The notes under the pieces: generated by a model
Told to the model about the DNA's origin: nothing
Database searches by the model: none
The model's input: the letters and a program-made list of their open reading frames with translations, nothing else
From: Halomicronema hongdechloris C2206
Lineage (GTDB): Bacteria; Cyanobacteriota; Cyanobacteriia; Phormidesmidales; Phormidesmidaceae
Assembly: GCF_002075285.3 (NCBI RefSeq)
Contig: NZ_CP021983.2
Span: 1,380,001-1,412,000 of the forward strand
DNA: 32,000 nucleotides
Direction: 5' to 3'
Part shown: in pieces, positions 15,507 to 24,730 of the stretch
Layout of the letters: the number at the start of each line of letters is the position of its first letter
How positions within the stretch are numbered: the first letter of the stretch is position 1
Translations under genes and position numbers: made by a program

Positions 15507-15874
15507 GGTCTTTCCTCCAAAGCTTTCAGGGTTTCGAGATTGAGTTGCGGGACGGCGGGGAGACGGTTAATCACTTCCCGCCCTTGTACGGAGAGATAGG
15601 CGGTTTCACCATCCACCAACCACTCGACCAGTTCCGGCTGATAGTCAGCGGCAACAGGCGGGCATTGATAGGTCATCTGGCCGTCCTGCCACTCCACGAC
15701 AGTGACGTCATCAAACAGGACACTGATTTCGCGCGGCACATAGTCCTCGGCCAATCGGGGCTGATCGAATACCGGCAGTAACTCAGCCGCGATTTCGGGA
15801 TGTTCCAGCAATGCCGCCAGCGTTTCAGCGGGGAGCTTGTCTCCCAAGGCTTGGACCAGCATGGGTTCTGTCAC
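15491..15874 (-). CDS. Small, highly acidic hypothetical protein
   Basis: 127 aa. The start is a GTG at 15874, preceded by AGGAGG with a 6-nt spacer; the next ATG is at 15862. By hand count there are about 23 Asp+Glu against 8 Lys+Arg. The gene overlaps the next one by 16 nt. Confidence 0.55.
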   Translation of the reverse strand: MTEPMLVQALGDKLPAETLAALLEHPEIAAELLPVFDQPRLAEDYVPREISVLFDDVTVVEWQDGQMTYQCPPVAADYQPELVEWLVDGETAYLSVQGREVINRLPAVPQLNLETLKALEERPCKPL

Positions 15875-15884
15875 GGGGCACCTC

Positions 15885-17615
15885 CTAAAGCAAACTGCCG
15901 TACTTGTCGATTAGATCAGCGGGGTCAGGATAAGCGGAATTCACGGGGGCAGGCGGTTCCGGCAGCATCGATTCCACCAGTTGCCGCCGTCGCTCCAAGT
16001 CTTCCGTGGTGGGGACTCGTTGGGGACTGCGCTGCATCAAGCGAGCTTGAATCTTGGCCCAGAGCGCTTCGCTGGCTTCTGTCGCCTGCAGATCCGCCTT
16101 GGGAATCTTGATGGTCTGCCGAATCGGGATAGCGGCTTCTCCTTTGGAGGTAAAGCCCGGATTAATCAGGACGCACTTTCCTTGAGGCAGCCGGAGAAAC
16201 TGGCTCGGTTCAAACAGCTTGCGGGTGCGTTCCTGCTCAGAAATCGTGGTGCTGGACTTGCCGCCCCCGCGATTGCGAGATTTCTGCTTGTAGCGGATCT
16301 CTTCGTCCCCTAGAAAGTCGGAGAACATCCGAGCGGCTTCATACTCCTGAGGATTGAAGATGGCCTTGGTGGCACAGGCTCCCAGGATGGCCCGTGCTAA
16401 TTCGCGCCCATAGGTTTTCTCTAGCTGCACTAGGTTTTGAAAGCCCAGGATGACCGACAGTCCATCCTCTCGGTTTTCGTTCAGCCACTGCACTAGAGTC
16501 GGCAAATACAGCGTCGGCAGCTCGTCGATCGCGACAATCAGCGGATCTTGCCGTCGCTTCGCCACATTACGAGTAACGATCATGTGCAGGACGGTTGCCA
16601 CCAAGGGACCAACCACGTCCCGCCGTTCCCGATCCATTCCAAAAATCAGCAGCTGCTTGCCTTCTAGTTCTAGAGGAATCGAGGTCCGACCACAGAAGCT
16701 GCCCAGGACACCTTCCTTCATAAAGCGGGTAAAGGTTTCGCTGGCGCTGCCGACAATGCCGCTAGCAGTTTTCTCCGCATCCTTCACCCCAATTAGCTGG
16801 TTGAACGAGACGCGAATCCAACTGTTCATGTCCTTGGCTGCGGCGATGCGATTCCCCAGATTAGTTAGTCCCAGTACCGCCTGAGCGGTCATGATATCGG
16901 GATACTCGGTAGACTTTGCCAGCATTAACAGCGCTTCGGTAAGCTGATCTCCGGCAGCGGCAAAGAAGCCATCTTCGCTGCTCTGGGTCATCAGCCGGAA
17001 GTTCTTGTTCAACACGGTGGCAATCTGCCGCGCCATTTCCGCATCCGACTCACTGCGTAGGAAATCGATAGGATTACACACGCCGGACTCGGGAAATCCA
17101 GGAGCCAGAACATGGACCTGGTAGCCCAACTTGGCCGCATAGGCCGCATGGCGAGCACTCTGAGTCGGATATTTGAAGTCGTACAACGCGACGGGCAGTC
17201 CTTGCTCTAACGCAGAGCGAATCAACGGGTCGATGACACTGAAGGTCTTACCAGAACCCGGTCCCCCACAAACAGCCACACCCCGTTGTAAATCCGGTAG
17301 ATAAATTGACCGGGCATCTTTCGGGCGTTGAGGTTTGCCGATATAGAGGGAGACCGCATTGTGTTTACGGGCCGTTAGTTGCTTTACAGCTCGCTTGCGA
17401 GCCGCTCCTTTTTCTTTGGCGCTGCCAAAGCGACTGGTGGCCAGCTTGCCCTTTTTGCGATCGCCCAACAGGGCAAAGACCCCCACCAGCAAACAGCAGC
17501 CCAACAAAACTAGGCCATTGCGGGACTGGAGGGAGGAAGCCAGCTGGGAAAAGGACTCGCTAGCGGCTGGATTCGTTTGCGCCAAGGTAGCAGGCTGTTC
17601 TGTAAATGTCTTCAT
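15885..17615 (-). CDS. virD4: Type IV secretion coupling protein (VirD4/TraG/TraD family)
   Basis: 576 aa. The N-terminal TM is GLVLLGCCLLVGVFALLG. Walker A is CGGPGSGKTFSV and the Walker B-like motif is PLIVAIDELPTL. The start forms an ATGA overlap with the upstream gene at 17612..17615. Confidence 0.85.
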   Translation of the reverse strand: MKTFTEQPATLAQTNPAASESFSQLASSLQSRNGLVLLGCCLLVGVFALLGDRKKGKLATSRFGSAKEKGAARKRAVKQLTARKHNAVSLYIGKPQRPKDARSIYLPDLQRGVAVCGGPGSGKTFSVIDPLIRSALEQGLPVALYDFKYPTQSARHAAYAAKLGYQVHVLAPGFPESGVCNPIDFLRSESDAEMARQIATVLNKNFRLMTQSSEDGFFAAAGDQLTEALLMLAKSTEYPDIMTAQAVLGLTNLGNRIAAAKDMNSWIRVSFNQLIGVKDAEKTASGIVGSASETFTRFMKEGVLGSFCGRTSIPLELEGKQLLIFGMDRERRDVVGPLVATVLHMIVTRNVAKRRQDPLIVAIDELPTLYLPTLVQWLNENREDGLSVILGFQNLVQLEKTYGRELARAILGACATKAIFNPQEYEAARMFSDFLGDEEIRYKQKSRNRGGGKSSTTISEQERTRKLFEPSQFLRLPQGKCVLINPGFTSKGEAAIPIRQTIKIPKADLQATEASEALWAKIQARLMQRSPQRVPTTEDLERRRQLVESMLPEPPAPVNSAYPDPADLIDKYGSLL

Positions 17616-18142
17616 GGCAGGACCTCGTAGCTATCGATTGGCAGCTCAATGCCCAACTGCTCCAGCGCCCAGATGTGCTCGGGCGGAAATTCGCTGCGGG
17701 TGCCTTCCGGAGCGCTGGTGAGATAGTCCGTCAGCTGCTGTTGATACGCCTCTCGACCGCCTTGCTCTTGAAGCACGCGGGTATAACGCTGTAGCGCTAA
17801 CTCCCGTGCTAGTTGGAGGGGAATGTAGTGACTGAGCACCGGATCGTTTTCGGGCAGGAGCGATCGGCAGGTGTCTTCCGGGTTCAGATAAATCAGCACC
17901 TCCTGATAGACCGCTTCCTCACGCTCCGTCCAGCTTGTGCCAATCAGGTGATAACTGCCGGTCTCGGTATCCACGACGCCCCAAACCTTGGCATTTTGGG
18001 TTGATGGCGGCAGGCAAGTTTGGACGGTGGCGGGAATATCGTCTGAGGCTCGCGCCAGATTCAGACTGACCGATGCAATCAGGCTGATCAGCAGGATCAA
18101 GATCCCGAGGAATGGGAGCACTAGAGTGCGATTTCGTCTCAT
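17612..18142 (-). CDS. Hypothetical exported protein of the T4SS operon
   Basis: The track start at 18157 is a TTG. The ATG at 18142 gives MRRNRTLVLPFLGILILLISLIASVSLNLARA, which looks like a signal peptide or membrane anchor. I recognise no family. Confidence 0.5.
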   Translation of the reverse strand: MRRNRTLVLPFLGILILLISLIASVSLNLARASDDIPATVQTCLPPSTQNAKVWGVVDTETGSYHLIGTSWTEREEAVYQEVLIYLNPEDTCRSLLPENDPVLSHYIPLQLARELALQRYTRVLQEQGGREAYQQQLTDYLTSAPEGTRSEFPPEHIWALEQLGIELPIDSYEVLP

Positions 18143-18153
18143 ATCACTGGCCC

Positions 18154-19863
18154 TCAACTAAGATAGTTCATGGGGTTTTGGGGCTGACCGTTCTGGCGGA
18201 TCTCAAAGTGGAGATGCGGTCCGGTCGAGCCGCCGCTGCTGTTAGCTCGTCCCACCGGATCGCCCTGGGCAATGATGTCGCCCTGTCGGACAAAAAAGCC
18301 CTGCAGATGGGCGTAGTAGGTCTCCGATCCATTGCCGTGATCAATGATGACGAGCCTGCCGTAGCCGCTAGTCAGGGACCCACTAATGCCTGCAAAGGTG
18401 ACCTGCCCTCCATCGGCAGCGCGGATAATCGTGCCATTGGGCGTGCCTAAATCAGTCCCGGCATGGAGACGGCGATCGCCATGAATCGGATGGGTGCGAT
18501 AGCCAAAACTACTGGTAATGGGATATCCCGGTGCCGGATTGATGAAGCCACCGGTGGCAATGCCAGGAGAGCTTGAAGTTCTAGCAACCGGCGTTGGAGT
18601 GGGGCTAGGCTCGCCGGTCTGAGGATCAATTCCTTTCGCCGCAGCTACTTCAGCAGAATCAGTGGTTGAAAGACCTTCCTTAATTTGACCCAGAAAAATC
18701 ATGCCTTTTTCTTGGATAGGCAGCCAGGGAATGGGACCGATAAAGTAAGGCGTACAGCCCAAGTCCACAAAGGCATTGCGGACGCACATGCGAAAGTAAA
18801 GCCCGGTTTCAGCGGTGCCCGTAGCCTCATCGGTTTCCAACACCGCGACCTTGAAGGCATTGCCAAAAGGATGACGCCCGGTCGGTTCTAAGCCACCGTT
18901 AGCGGAAGCTAATGTGCCTCGTCCCCCTTGGACCTGCTGATACTTGCCGGAAATCCACTGGGTACCTTTCACCAGTTCCGGTTGAGCCAATTCCAAGTGA
19001 GCACAGTCAGCCTGACAAGGTACGTTGAAGCCTTCGACATAACTGCCGCTAATGGTGTTCGTCCGATCGCCCTCCGCCGGACCAAACACCACATCCACCA
19101 TCCCCACAACTACACCCTGCTCCACGATGGGATTGGGAAAATTGGCAAAGGGCACATCGGCTAATCCAGGAATCTGGTCGATGACCGATTGCTGCCAGTT
19201 TTGAAAAGTTTCTAGGGGGGCGTCGATCAGTCCTGGGATGGCGCTTAACTCATACTGCTCCAGGTTGAGCTCTCCTAGGCTCAGTTCTGCTAGGACTTCG
19301 TTTTGAACGACCTCGGCAATCGTCTGCGGAACCTCAAGTTGCCCCTGGAGCAAATCGGCGATCGGTGGCACTTCTCGGACAGGCAAATCGGCTAGGTCCG
19401 GAATGGCCTGCACCAAATCCGCGATCGTCTGCCAACCGACCAGTGCCAAATCGGCGAGCCTGAGTGCTTCCCAATCCAGACCGACCAGAGCGGCAATATC
19501 GGACAGGGAAAATCGCTGCAGTTGAAAGCTGTCCTGGAAATCGCCCAGCAGCAGGTATTCATCAGCAGTCTGTCCGGCTTGCCAAAGGCGAGAGGGATCG
19601 TAGCCCAACTCGCGAATCAGATCGGTCGGGGCTTCAAACGAACCTGATGTCAAAATCGCGGGGAGCGATCGCAAGGTGATGCGCGTCCAATCAGGTTTGA
19701 TGCCGAGCATCTGATCCTGAATAACCGGGACGGGCGAACCCGGCTGAGTACTGGAGTGGGCAGGCGCAAGGGGGGCAAGATGTAGGGCGATCGCGAAAAC
19801 AAAGACAAGCAGCCCTATCACAGACCACCTGAGGCGTCTGCGCCTGAAGATAGAAGAGTTCAT
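18154..19863 (-). CDS. Exported M23-family (LytM/lysostaphin-type) metallopeptidase, probable T4SS-associated peptidoglycan hydrolase
   Basis: 569 aa. The N-terminal TM or signal segment is WSVIGLLVFVFAIALHLAPLAPA. The C-terminal M23 motifs are HAGTDLGTPNGTIIRAADGG (HxxxD), YYAHL and GSTGPHLHFEIR (HxH). Confidence 0.85.
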   Translation of the reverse strand: MNSSIFRRRRLRWSVIGLLVFVFAIALHLAPLAPAHSSTQPGSPVPVIQDQMLGIKPDWTRITLRSLPAILTSGSFEAPTDLIRELGYDPSRLWQAGQTADEYLLLGDFQDSFQLQRFSLSDIAALVGLDWEALRLADLALVGWQTIADLVQAIPDLADLPVREVPPIADLLQGQLEVPQTIAEVVQNEVLAELSLGELNLEQYELSAIPGLIDAPLETFQNWQQSVIDQIPGLADVPFANFPNPIVEQGVVVGMVDVVFGPAEGDRTNTISGSYVEGFNVPCQADCAHLELAQPELVKGTQWISGKYQQVQGGRGTLASANGGLEPTGRHPFGNAFKVAVLETDEATGTAETGLYFRMCVRNAFVDLGCTPYFIGPIPWLPIQEKGMIFLGQIKEGLSTTDSAEVAAAKGIDPQTGEPSPTPTPVARTSSSPGIATGGFINPAPGYPITSSFGYRTHPIHGDRRLHAGTDLGTPNGTIIRAADGGQVTFAGISGSLTSGYGRLVIIDHGNGSETYYAHLQGFFVRQGDIIAQGDPVGRANSSGGSTGPHLHFEIRQNGQPQNPMNYLS

Positions 19864-19884
19864 GGCCTTAACCAGAATGAAGGA

Positions 19885-20610
19885 CTAACGGTCAGTTGAA
19901 GTCAGCGGCGGGTCATCACGAGCTCTGGCTCCCCAGTCTGCGAGTTGAGTAATCAGGTCCAGGGAAACTCCGGCCTGTTCTGCGGCCACCGGCATCTCTA
20001 GCCCTTGCTGAGTGAGGGCTAAAAAGGTTTGCAGCCGACTCCACAAATCCTGTTCGGGGCGAATCAGGTCTCTGGATGCCGCAATTGCCAAACCTCGCCG
20101 CACGTCGCCAGGACCCAACAGCGCATGAATGGGCGACGACGGCTGGATGGCAACGGTGTGGTAGTCAGGATCGCCATCACCAAATTCGATGCGAAATTCG
20201 TAGAGATGGCGATCACCATTTGTCGTTTCGGTAATGACGGTCAGCAAGGTGCCGCTAGCGCTAGGCAAGTGCCTAAAGTCCAATCCCTGAATTCGTCGCA
20301 TGTGAATGACTGAGGGATTGCCTGAGACACAATCTGATGCGGCAACGGTAGGACAGAGGGGTTCATCGAAGTCCAGAGCGACCCGAGCCGGGTCATCAAT
20401 CCATACCTGCACGATATGCTCATCGGTGGGCAGGAAGCTGAGATTCGTGCCATAGCCGGTCCAGAGATGGACAACTGGCGTGACACCAACGAGCCCTTGA
20501 GCCCGATCAGCAGAAATTGCCACCACAGACTGCGCCTGAGCGGATGAAATGGGCCAGCCGCTGACAGCGATCGCCCCGATAAATAGCCAGGGAAGGCAGT
20601 GTCTGTTCAT
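19885..20610 (-). CDS. VirB9/TrbG-like periplasmic T4SS core component (tentative)
   Basis: 241 aa. The signal peptide is MNRHCLPWLFIGAIAVSGWPISSAQAQ. The beta-rich segment IVQVWIDDPARVALD...GTLLTVITETTNGDRHLYEFRIEF resembles the VirB9 N-terminal domain pattern. The call also rests on position next to the VirB10-like gene and an ATGA overlap at 20607..20610. Confidence 0.45.
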   Translation of the reverse strand: MNRHCLPWLFIGAIAVSGWPISSAQAQSVVAISADRAQGLVGVTPVVHLWTGYGTNLSFLPTDEHIVQVWIDDPARVALDFDEPLCPTVAASDCVSGNPSVIHMRRIQGLDFRHLPSASGTLLTVITETTNGDRHLYEFRIEFGDGDPDYHTVAIQPSSPIHALLGPGDVRRGLAIAASRDLIRPEQDLWSRLQTFLALTQQGLEMPVAAEQAGVSLDLITQLADWGARARDDPPLTSTDR

Positions 20611-22109
20611 AGCGTCACCGTTTGATTGATGTACACTTCGACTTCCAGTCCAGGCGGGAGATACCAGATGGTGGGCCGATTGAGAATTTCCTCTAGGGCT
20701 GCTTGATGGCGCTCCGCCATTTGCTGACTCAGTTGGTCAAAGGCCCCTTCGAGCAAACCAGCCAGAATATTGGGATCCCCGGATTCCTGGGTGATCGTGC
20801 TGCCCCCGACATTGCTGATGACTGAGGATGATTTAGGCCGATTAATTAGCTCAGCGACTCGAGACACCCCCGACATCGCCGCCATATTCAGATCCATCCG
20901 AGCAATGTCGCTGCCAGGATCGCCATACTTTTGGGCAATCAGAGGTGTCCCTTCAAGTCCTCGCAATTGAACCGCACCTGTCGGGAGTGCCACTTCGCGA
21001 CCATCCTGAATGAACGAAACCACCGCCAGTTGGGCTAACCCGCTTTCATCAACCGAGTCCACTTGCACGACCAACGCAGTTTCTGCGGGGAGACCGACTA
21101 CTGACTCCGGTGTCAGCAAGGGTTCTGTAAGGCGCACCACAAACTGGGGTGTTTCTACTTCGTCTATTGCCGTCGCCCAAATTAAGGGCGTCTCCAAAAC
21201 CGCTGTGGTTTGAGTGCCGGTGACGAGTGCTATCGATGAGCCGGAAAGGGGGCGTTCTTGAAGGATTGCAGCTTCCTCAGCATGATTGATCTCTAACGTG
21301 GATGACGTGGTCGTGTTGCGGGCTAGTCCCCCCGAGTCAGGAGACGATAATGGCTCTGCCCGTTGAGTGGTGGAAGACTCATCCACCGCAGAGGGGGGTG
21401 TGACCCGGCGATAACTGCCGACCTGGGATAAGACCATCCACTGCTCCATAGGATCCCCTTCTGGCTCCGGAACCGTTGCAGTTGGCGGCTGAACGGCAGG
21501 TCTGACCGGAGGTGCAGGCGCGGAGCGCGGGAGCGACGGTGGGGCCGAACGCTGCCCGACTGGTTGGGGCGATCGCGATACCGATCTCGGCGGCGACGAA
21601 AATTGTGGCGTTTCCTGAATTGCCTCAGGTTCTGGTCGAGCGGTAGGCTCTTCCTCTGTTAAGGCTTCCAATTCTGCCTGCTGTTGCCCCATTGCTAAAT
21701 CCGTCAGCAATTGTCCGCGATCGTCTACCGCTGATTCGTCTGCTTCCACCATCGGCTCGGCAAAATCAGCCTGCGTCTCTTCGACGGGCTGAGAATTCTC
21801 TCGATTCATAATGCCGCTGGTGAATACCGCGAGCACGCCAATCACCAAGCCCGTCCCTGCCGCCACCACGCCCAGTTTCGTGAAGGGATTAGCGGCGGGC
21901 GATCGCCCCGATTTTTGAGCAGCGCCGACGGCAGCGGACTCATCCAGGTCTTCCGGGTCTAACAGCGGTCCAGGGTCAGAGACGTGACCATTGTTAGTCG
22001 CTGGCGGAGCCGACTCCGTTTCCGAAGCCGCCGCTGCTTGGTCTGGTAGCTGCAAGCCCACCAGATCCGCCATTTCCTGTTCATTCCAGAGATAATCGGG
22101 GGTACTCAT
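20607..22109 (-). CDS. VirB10/TrbI-like T4SS core component
   Basis: 500 aa with the canonical VirB10 architecture. An acidic cytoplasmic N-terminus is followed by a single TM (LGVVAAGTGLVIGVLAVFTSGIM), a Pro-rich linker (PPSLPRSAPAPPVRPAVQPPTATVPEP) and a C-terminal beta domain ending TIWYLPPGLEVEVYINQTV. Confidence 0.6.
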   Translation of the reverse strand: MSTPDYLWNEQEMADLVGLQLPDQAAAASETESAPPATNNGHVSDPGPLLDPEDLDESAAVGAAQKSGRSPAANPFTKLGVVAAGTGLVIGVLAVFTSGIMNRENSQPVEETQADFAEPMVEADESAVDDRGQLLTDLAMGQQQAELEALTEEEPTARPEPEAIQETPQFSSPPRSVSRSPQPVGQRSAPPSLPRSAPAPPVRPAVQPPTATVPEPEGDPMEQWMVLSQVGSYRRVTPPSAVDESSTTQRAEPLSSPDSGGLARNTTTSSTLEINHAEEAAILQERPLSGSSIALVTGTQTTAVLETPLIWATAIDEVETPQFVVRLTEPLLTPESVVGLPAETALVVQVDSVDESGLAQLAVVSFIQDGREVALPTGAVQLRGLEGTPLIAQKYGDPGSDIARMDLNMAAMSGVSRVAELINRPKSSSVISNVGGSTITQESGDPNILAGLLEGAFDQLSQQMAERHQAALEEILNRPTIWYLPPGLEVEVYINQTVTL

Positions 22110-22843
22110 GGCAAGTCCTCGCGGTTGAGTTCACGGATGGCATAGATTTGCAGTCCCGCTTGGCGAATGCTGTAGATAGCCTGCTCCAATGGCGTTTCGC
22201 CGTCGGGAACCGCTGGGGCAGTGACCGCTTCCACAAACACCTCGCGGTTAAAGGGAATCGCCTCTCCCAGGGCATTGGTTTCATCAAACACATAAAGGTG
22301 AGCCACGACGTCCACTTTCCAGCGCCCCTCACCGACCACTACGGGCTCGGAGACATGGTTGACTACCATCACCACCTGAGTCGTGCCGCTGAAAACCCCT
22401 GGTGGCGTCAATTCGGCGACCCGCTTGAGAAAGTCCTGACGGAAGTCTTCTGAGAAGGCAAAACTGGCTTGCCAACTGGCGGTGGCCACCTGCCCTTTAC
22501 CGCGATCCATCTCTACTGGTAGCCCTGGATCGGGCTGAGGCTGACTGGCCTCTTCAGCAGTGGCCGCCGGGAGGCTGCCGCTCCAGTTGAACATCAACAC
22601 CAAGGTATCGTTGACAAAACGCCGAATGGTTTCTGGGGTACGGTCTTGGGCATCCATCGCCCCGACCCGGATGGCCTGACCATCCTGCATCTGCACCAGG
22701 GTGGGAGCCGCTTGGCGACTCAGGCGACTCAGCGCCCCGGCTTGAACAAACAGGAACACCAGAATCACCAGTTGGAGTCCCACGCTGCCCAAAACAAACA
22801 GGGGCAAATAGTTCGTGTTGCGTTTTTCGATTAACTGCACCAT
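22106..22843 (-). CDS. VirB8/TrbF-like bitopic T4SS protein (tentative)
   Basis: 245 aa. A short cytoplasmic N-terminus is followed by one TM (YLPLFVLGSVGLQLVILVFLFV) and a roughly 190-aa periplasmic domain. The call relies on position between the VirB6-like and VirB10-like genes and an ATGA overlap at 22106..22109. Confidence 0.5.
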   Translation of the reverse strand: MVQLIEKRNTNYLPLFVLGSVGLQLVILVFLFVQAGALSRLSRQAAPTLVQMQDGQAIRVGAMDAQDRTPETIRRFVNDTLVLMFNWSGSLPAATAEEASQPQPDPGLPVEMDRGKGQVATASWQASFAFSEDFRQDFLKRVAELTPPGVFSGTTQVVMVVNHVSEPVVVGEGRWKVDVVAHLYVFDETNALGEAIPFNREVFVEAVTAPAVPDGETPLEQAIYSIRQAGLQIYAIRELNREDLP

Positions 22844-22866
22844 GGGAGGTTTCCTTACAAGTACTA

Positions 22867-23994
22867 TCAGCGGCGCACTCGATAAGCGCGGCGGCGAGCG
22901 GAGTAACCGGGAGCACGAGCAATGCCGCCCATCGCGCCGGTTCCGGCAATCACACCGGCTGCACTGGTCAAGGCTCCAAACACCGTCATGCCCCCACCAG
23001 AGGCCAAGGCTAACGACAAAATGGGGGCGAGCAGCCCCAGAAAGAAGGGCGCAATCAGGGGATGGGCGTCCCCCGCATTCAGCACCGCCAGCGAGACCAG
23101 CCCGGAGAGAATGTTGAAGCTAAGTTTGGCCACCGCGAGCGAAAAGAAGCCGGTCAACCAGGCAAAGAGCGGTTTCGCTCCCACCGGCAGCAACGACCCA
23201 CCGACTGCCAGAGGACCGAGCGTTGCTGTGAGCAGCATTGAGGCTTCAATCAGCCACTGAAACGCAATGTGCAACGCCATCAAAATGCCTCGCGTCACGG
23301 TCTGAAACCCTGAGCCCATCAGCGCTCCGCCAAACCGCAAACCGGAATCAAGGGGATTGTCTCCCGCTTGAGCCGCTTCCCAGGCCCGAGACAAGGCATT
23401 GGGATTGCCCGTTCTAGCGCGGTAGTCTTCAATGAATTCCCGTGCCTCAATTGCCGCCAGTTCAATACAGTTCGCCCGCTCCTCTGGATTCTGGAGTTCG
23501 TAGCACTGGTTGCGCCGCTGAATGATGGTCTGCTCCACAGAGCCTTCCAAAACAGCGGTTTGGTACGCCTCTTGCAGCTGAATATCGGCAGCGGTGTAGG
23601 CTAAAACGTCTTGGTTGACCTGGTTGATGTAGTTGCGAATATCCAGCGTGATCGCTGCCAGCCGCTCGCCATTGTTGGACAGCAAGATGATCACCAACAG
23701 CGGCCAGATGAAGTCGGCATAGGCTCGCTGGCTGTCCCCTTCCACCATCTGCCGGGTCCACTGGGTCAGGAAAAACAGTAGGGTCGCCACGGCAAAGAGG
23801 ACGCCCACTCGCGCCAGGGCAAAATAAAGTCCCCCTTGCAAGACGCTATCCCACAGCTGATTCCAGCTCTCGGCCACCGCCTCCGACGCGATTTGCCCGC
23901 CTTCAATGATGTCGGCGGTATCACGCGGAACTTGAGAGATCGGGAGAGAGAACCAAAGTGACAACATAGTTAGGAAAGTCCAAATTGACGTCAT
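22867..23994 (-). CDS. VirB6/TrbL-like polytopic inner-membrane T4SS protein
   Basis: The track ORF starts at 24081 and would overlap the upstream gene by 74 nt. The ATG at 23994 (MTSIWTFLTMLSLWF...) lies 13 nt after the upstream stop. There are at least five hydrophobic segments, a large central loop and a Gly/Ala-rich C-terminus. Confidence 0.55.
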   Translation of the reverse strand: MTSIWTFLTMLSLWFSLPISQVPRDTADIIEGGQIASEAVAESWNQLWDSVLQGGLYFALARVGVLFAVATLLFFLTQWTRQMVEGDSQRAYADFIWPLLVIILLSNNGERLAAITLDIRNYINQVNQDVLAYTAADIQLQEAYQTAVLEGSVEQTIIQRRNQCYELQNPEERANCIELAAIEAREFIEDYRARTGNPNALSRAWEAAQAGDNPLDSGLRFGGALMGSGFQTVTRGILMALHIAFQWLIEASMLLTATLGPLAVGGSLLPVGAKPLFAWLTGFFSLAVAKLSFNILSGLVSLAVLNAGDAHPLIAPFFLGLLAPILSLALASGGGMTVFGALTSAAGVIAGTGAMGGIARAPGYSARRRAYRVRR

Positions 23995-24007
23995 GGCGAA
24001 CTGACGC

Positions 24008-24730
24008 CTAGAACAAGCGGGCTTGACTGCTGATTTGCAGCGTATCCAGAGCACTGCCGAGATCCTGAAGGCGGCGGGCACGGGCTTCCTGATCCAGGTT
24101 TTGCGAAATATTGGCCAAGTTGAGATTGGTCAGCTGCGTATCCTGCCGCGACTGCAACAGCTCCGATTGCACCGCGCCCAATACTTCCGACTGCCGAGCA
24201 TTTTGCTGGGCCATCGCCTTGATCGCATCCTGGGTGGAGACCGCCACCTGGGCTGAGTCAGCGTGCTGCTGTACTTGACCAATGGTGTTTTCCATCCAGG
24301 TGATTTTGTCGCGGGTCGCGGTTTGGCCTGACTGGCTTAACACCGCATCCACTTGGGCGCGAGTGAGCTGACGGTCAATCTCGTTGGCAGTTTCAGCGGC
24401 GGCTTGAACGGTATCGGACTGGGCCAAATCCCCGGTCAAAGTAGCGGCTAGCTCTTCGGCGATCTCAGAGCGAACGAGATTCGGATCAACCAGGCCCAGA
24501 TCGCCCACAGCATTGTGGATGACCCCATCCAGCTCACCGGGGAGAGAATCCATCACACCAGTAATGGTTTGTTCGACGTAAGCTCTCACCTCCTCAAAAG
24601 CTTGGCGAAAGATGCCAAAGATGTCGTTAAACGTCGTATCGACTTGGGATGCCGCTGCTGGTTTGACCGGTGCAAGTAGCAATGTGGTGGCCAGAATCGG
24701 GATCAAGGCAAAGCGGAGTTTGGGAGTCAT
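24008..24730 (-). CDS. VirB5/TrbJ-like exported helical T4SS protein (tentative)
   Basis: 240 aa. The signal peptide is MTPKLRFALIPILATTLLLAPVKPAAAS, followed by Gln/Ala-rich sequence that looks coiled-coil. The gene lies immediately after VirB4, as trbJ follows trbE, with an ATGA overlap at 24727..24730. Confidence 0.45.
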   Translation of the reverse strand: MTPKLRFALIPILATTLLLAPVKPAAASQVDTTFNDIFGIFRQAFEEVRAYVEQTITGVMDSLPGELDGVIHNAVGDLGLVDPNLVRSEIAEELAATLTGDLAQSDTVQAAAETANEIDRQLTRAQVDAVLSQSGQTATRDKITWMENTIGQVQQHADSAQVAVSTQDAIKAMAQQNARQSEVLGAVQSELLQSRQDTQLTNLNLANISQNLDQEARARRLQDLGSALDTLQISSQARLF

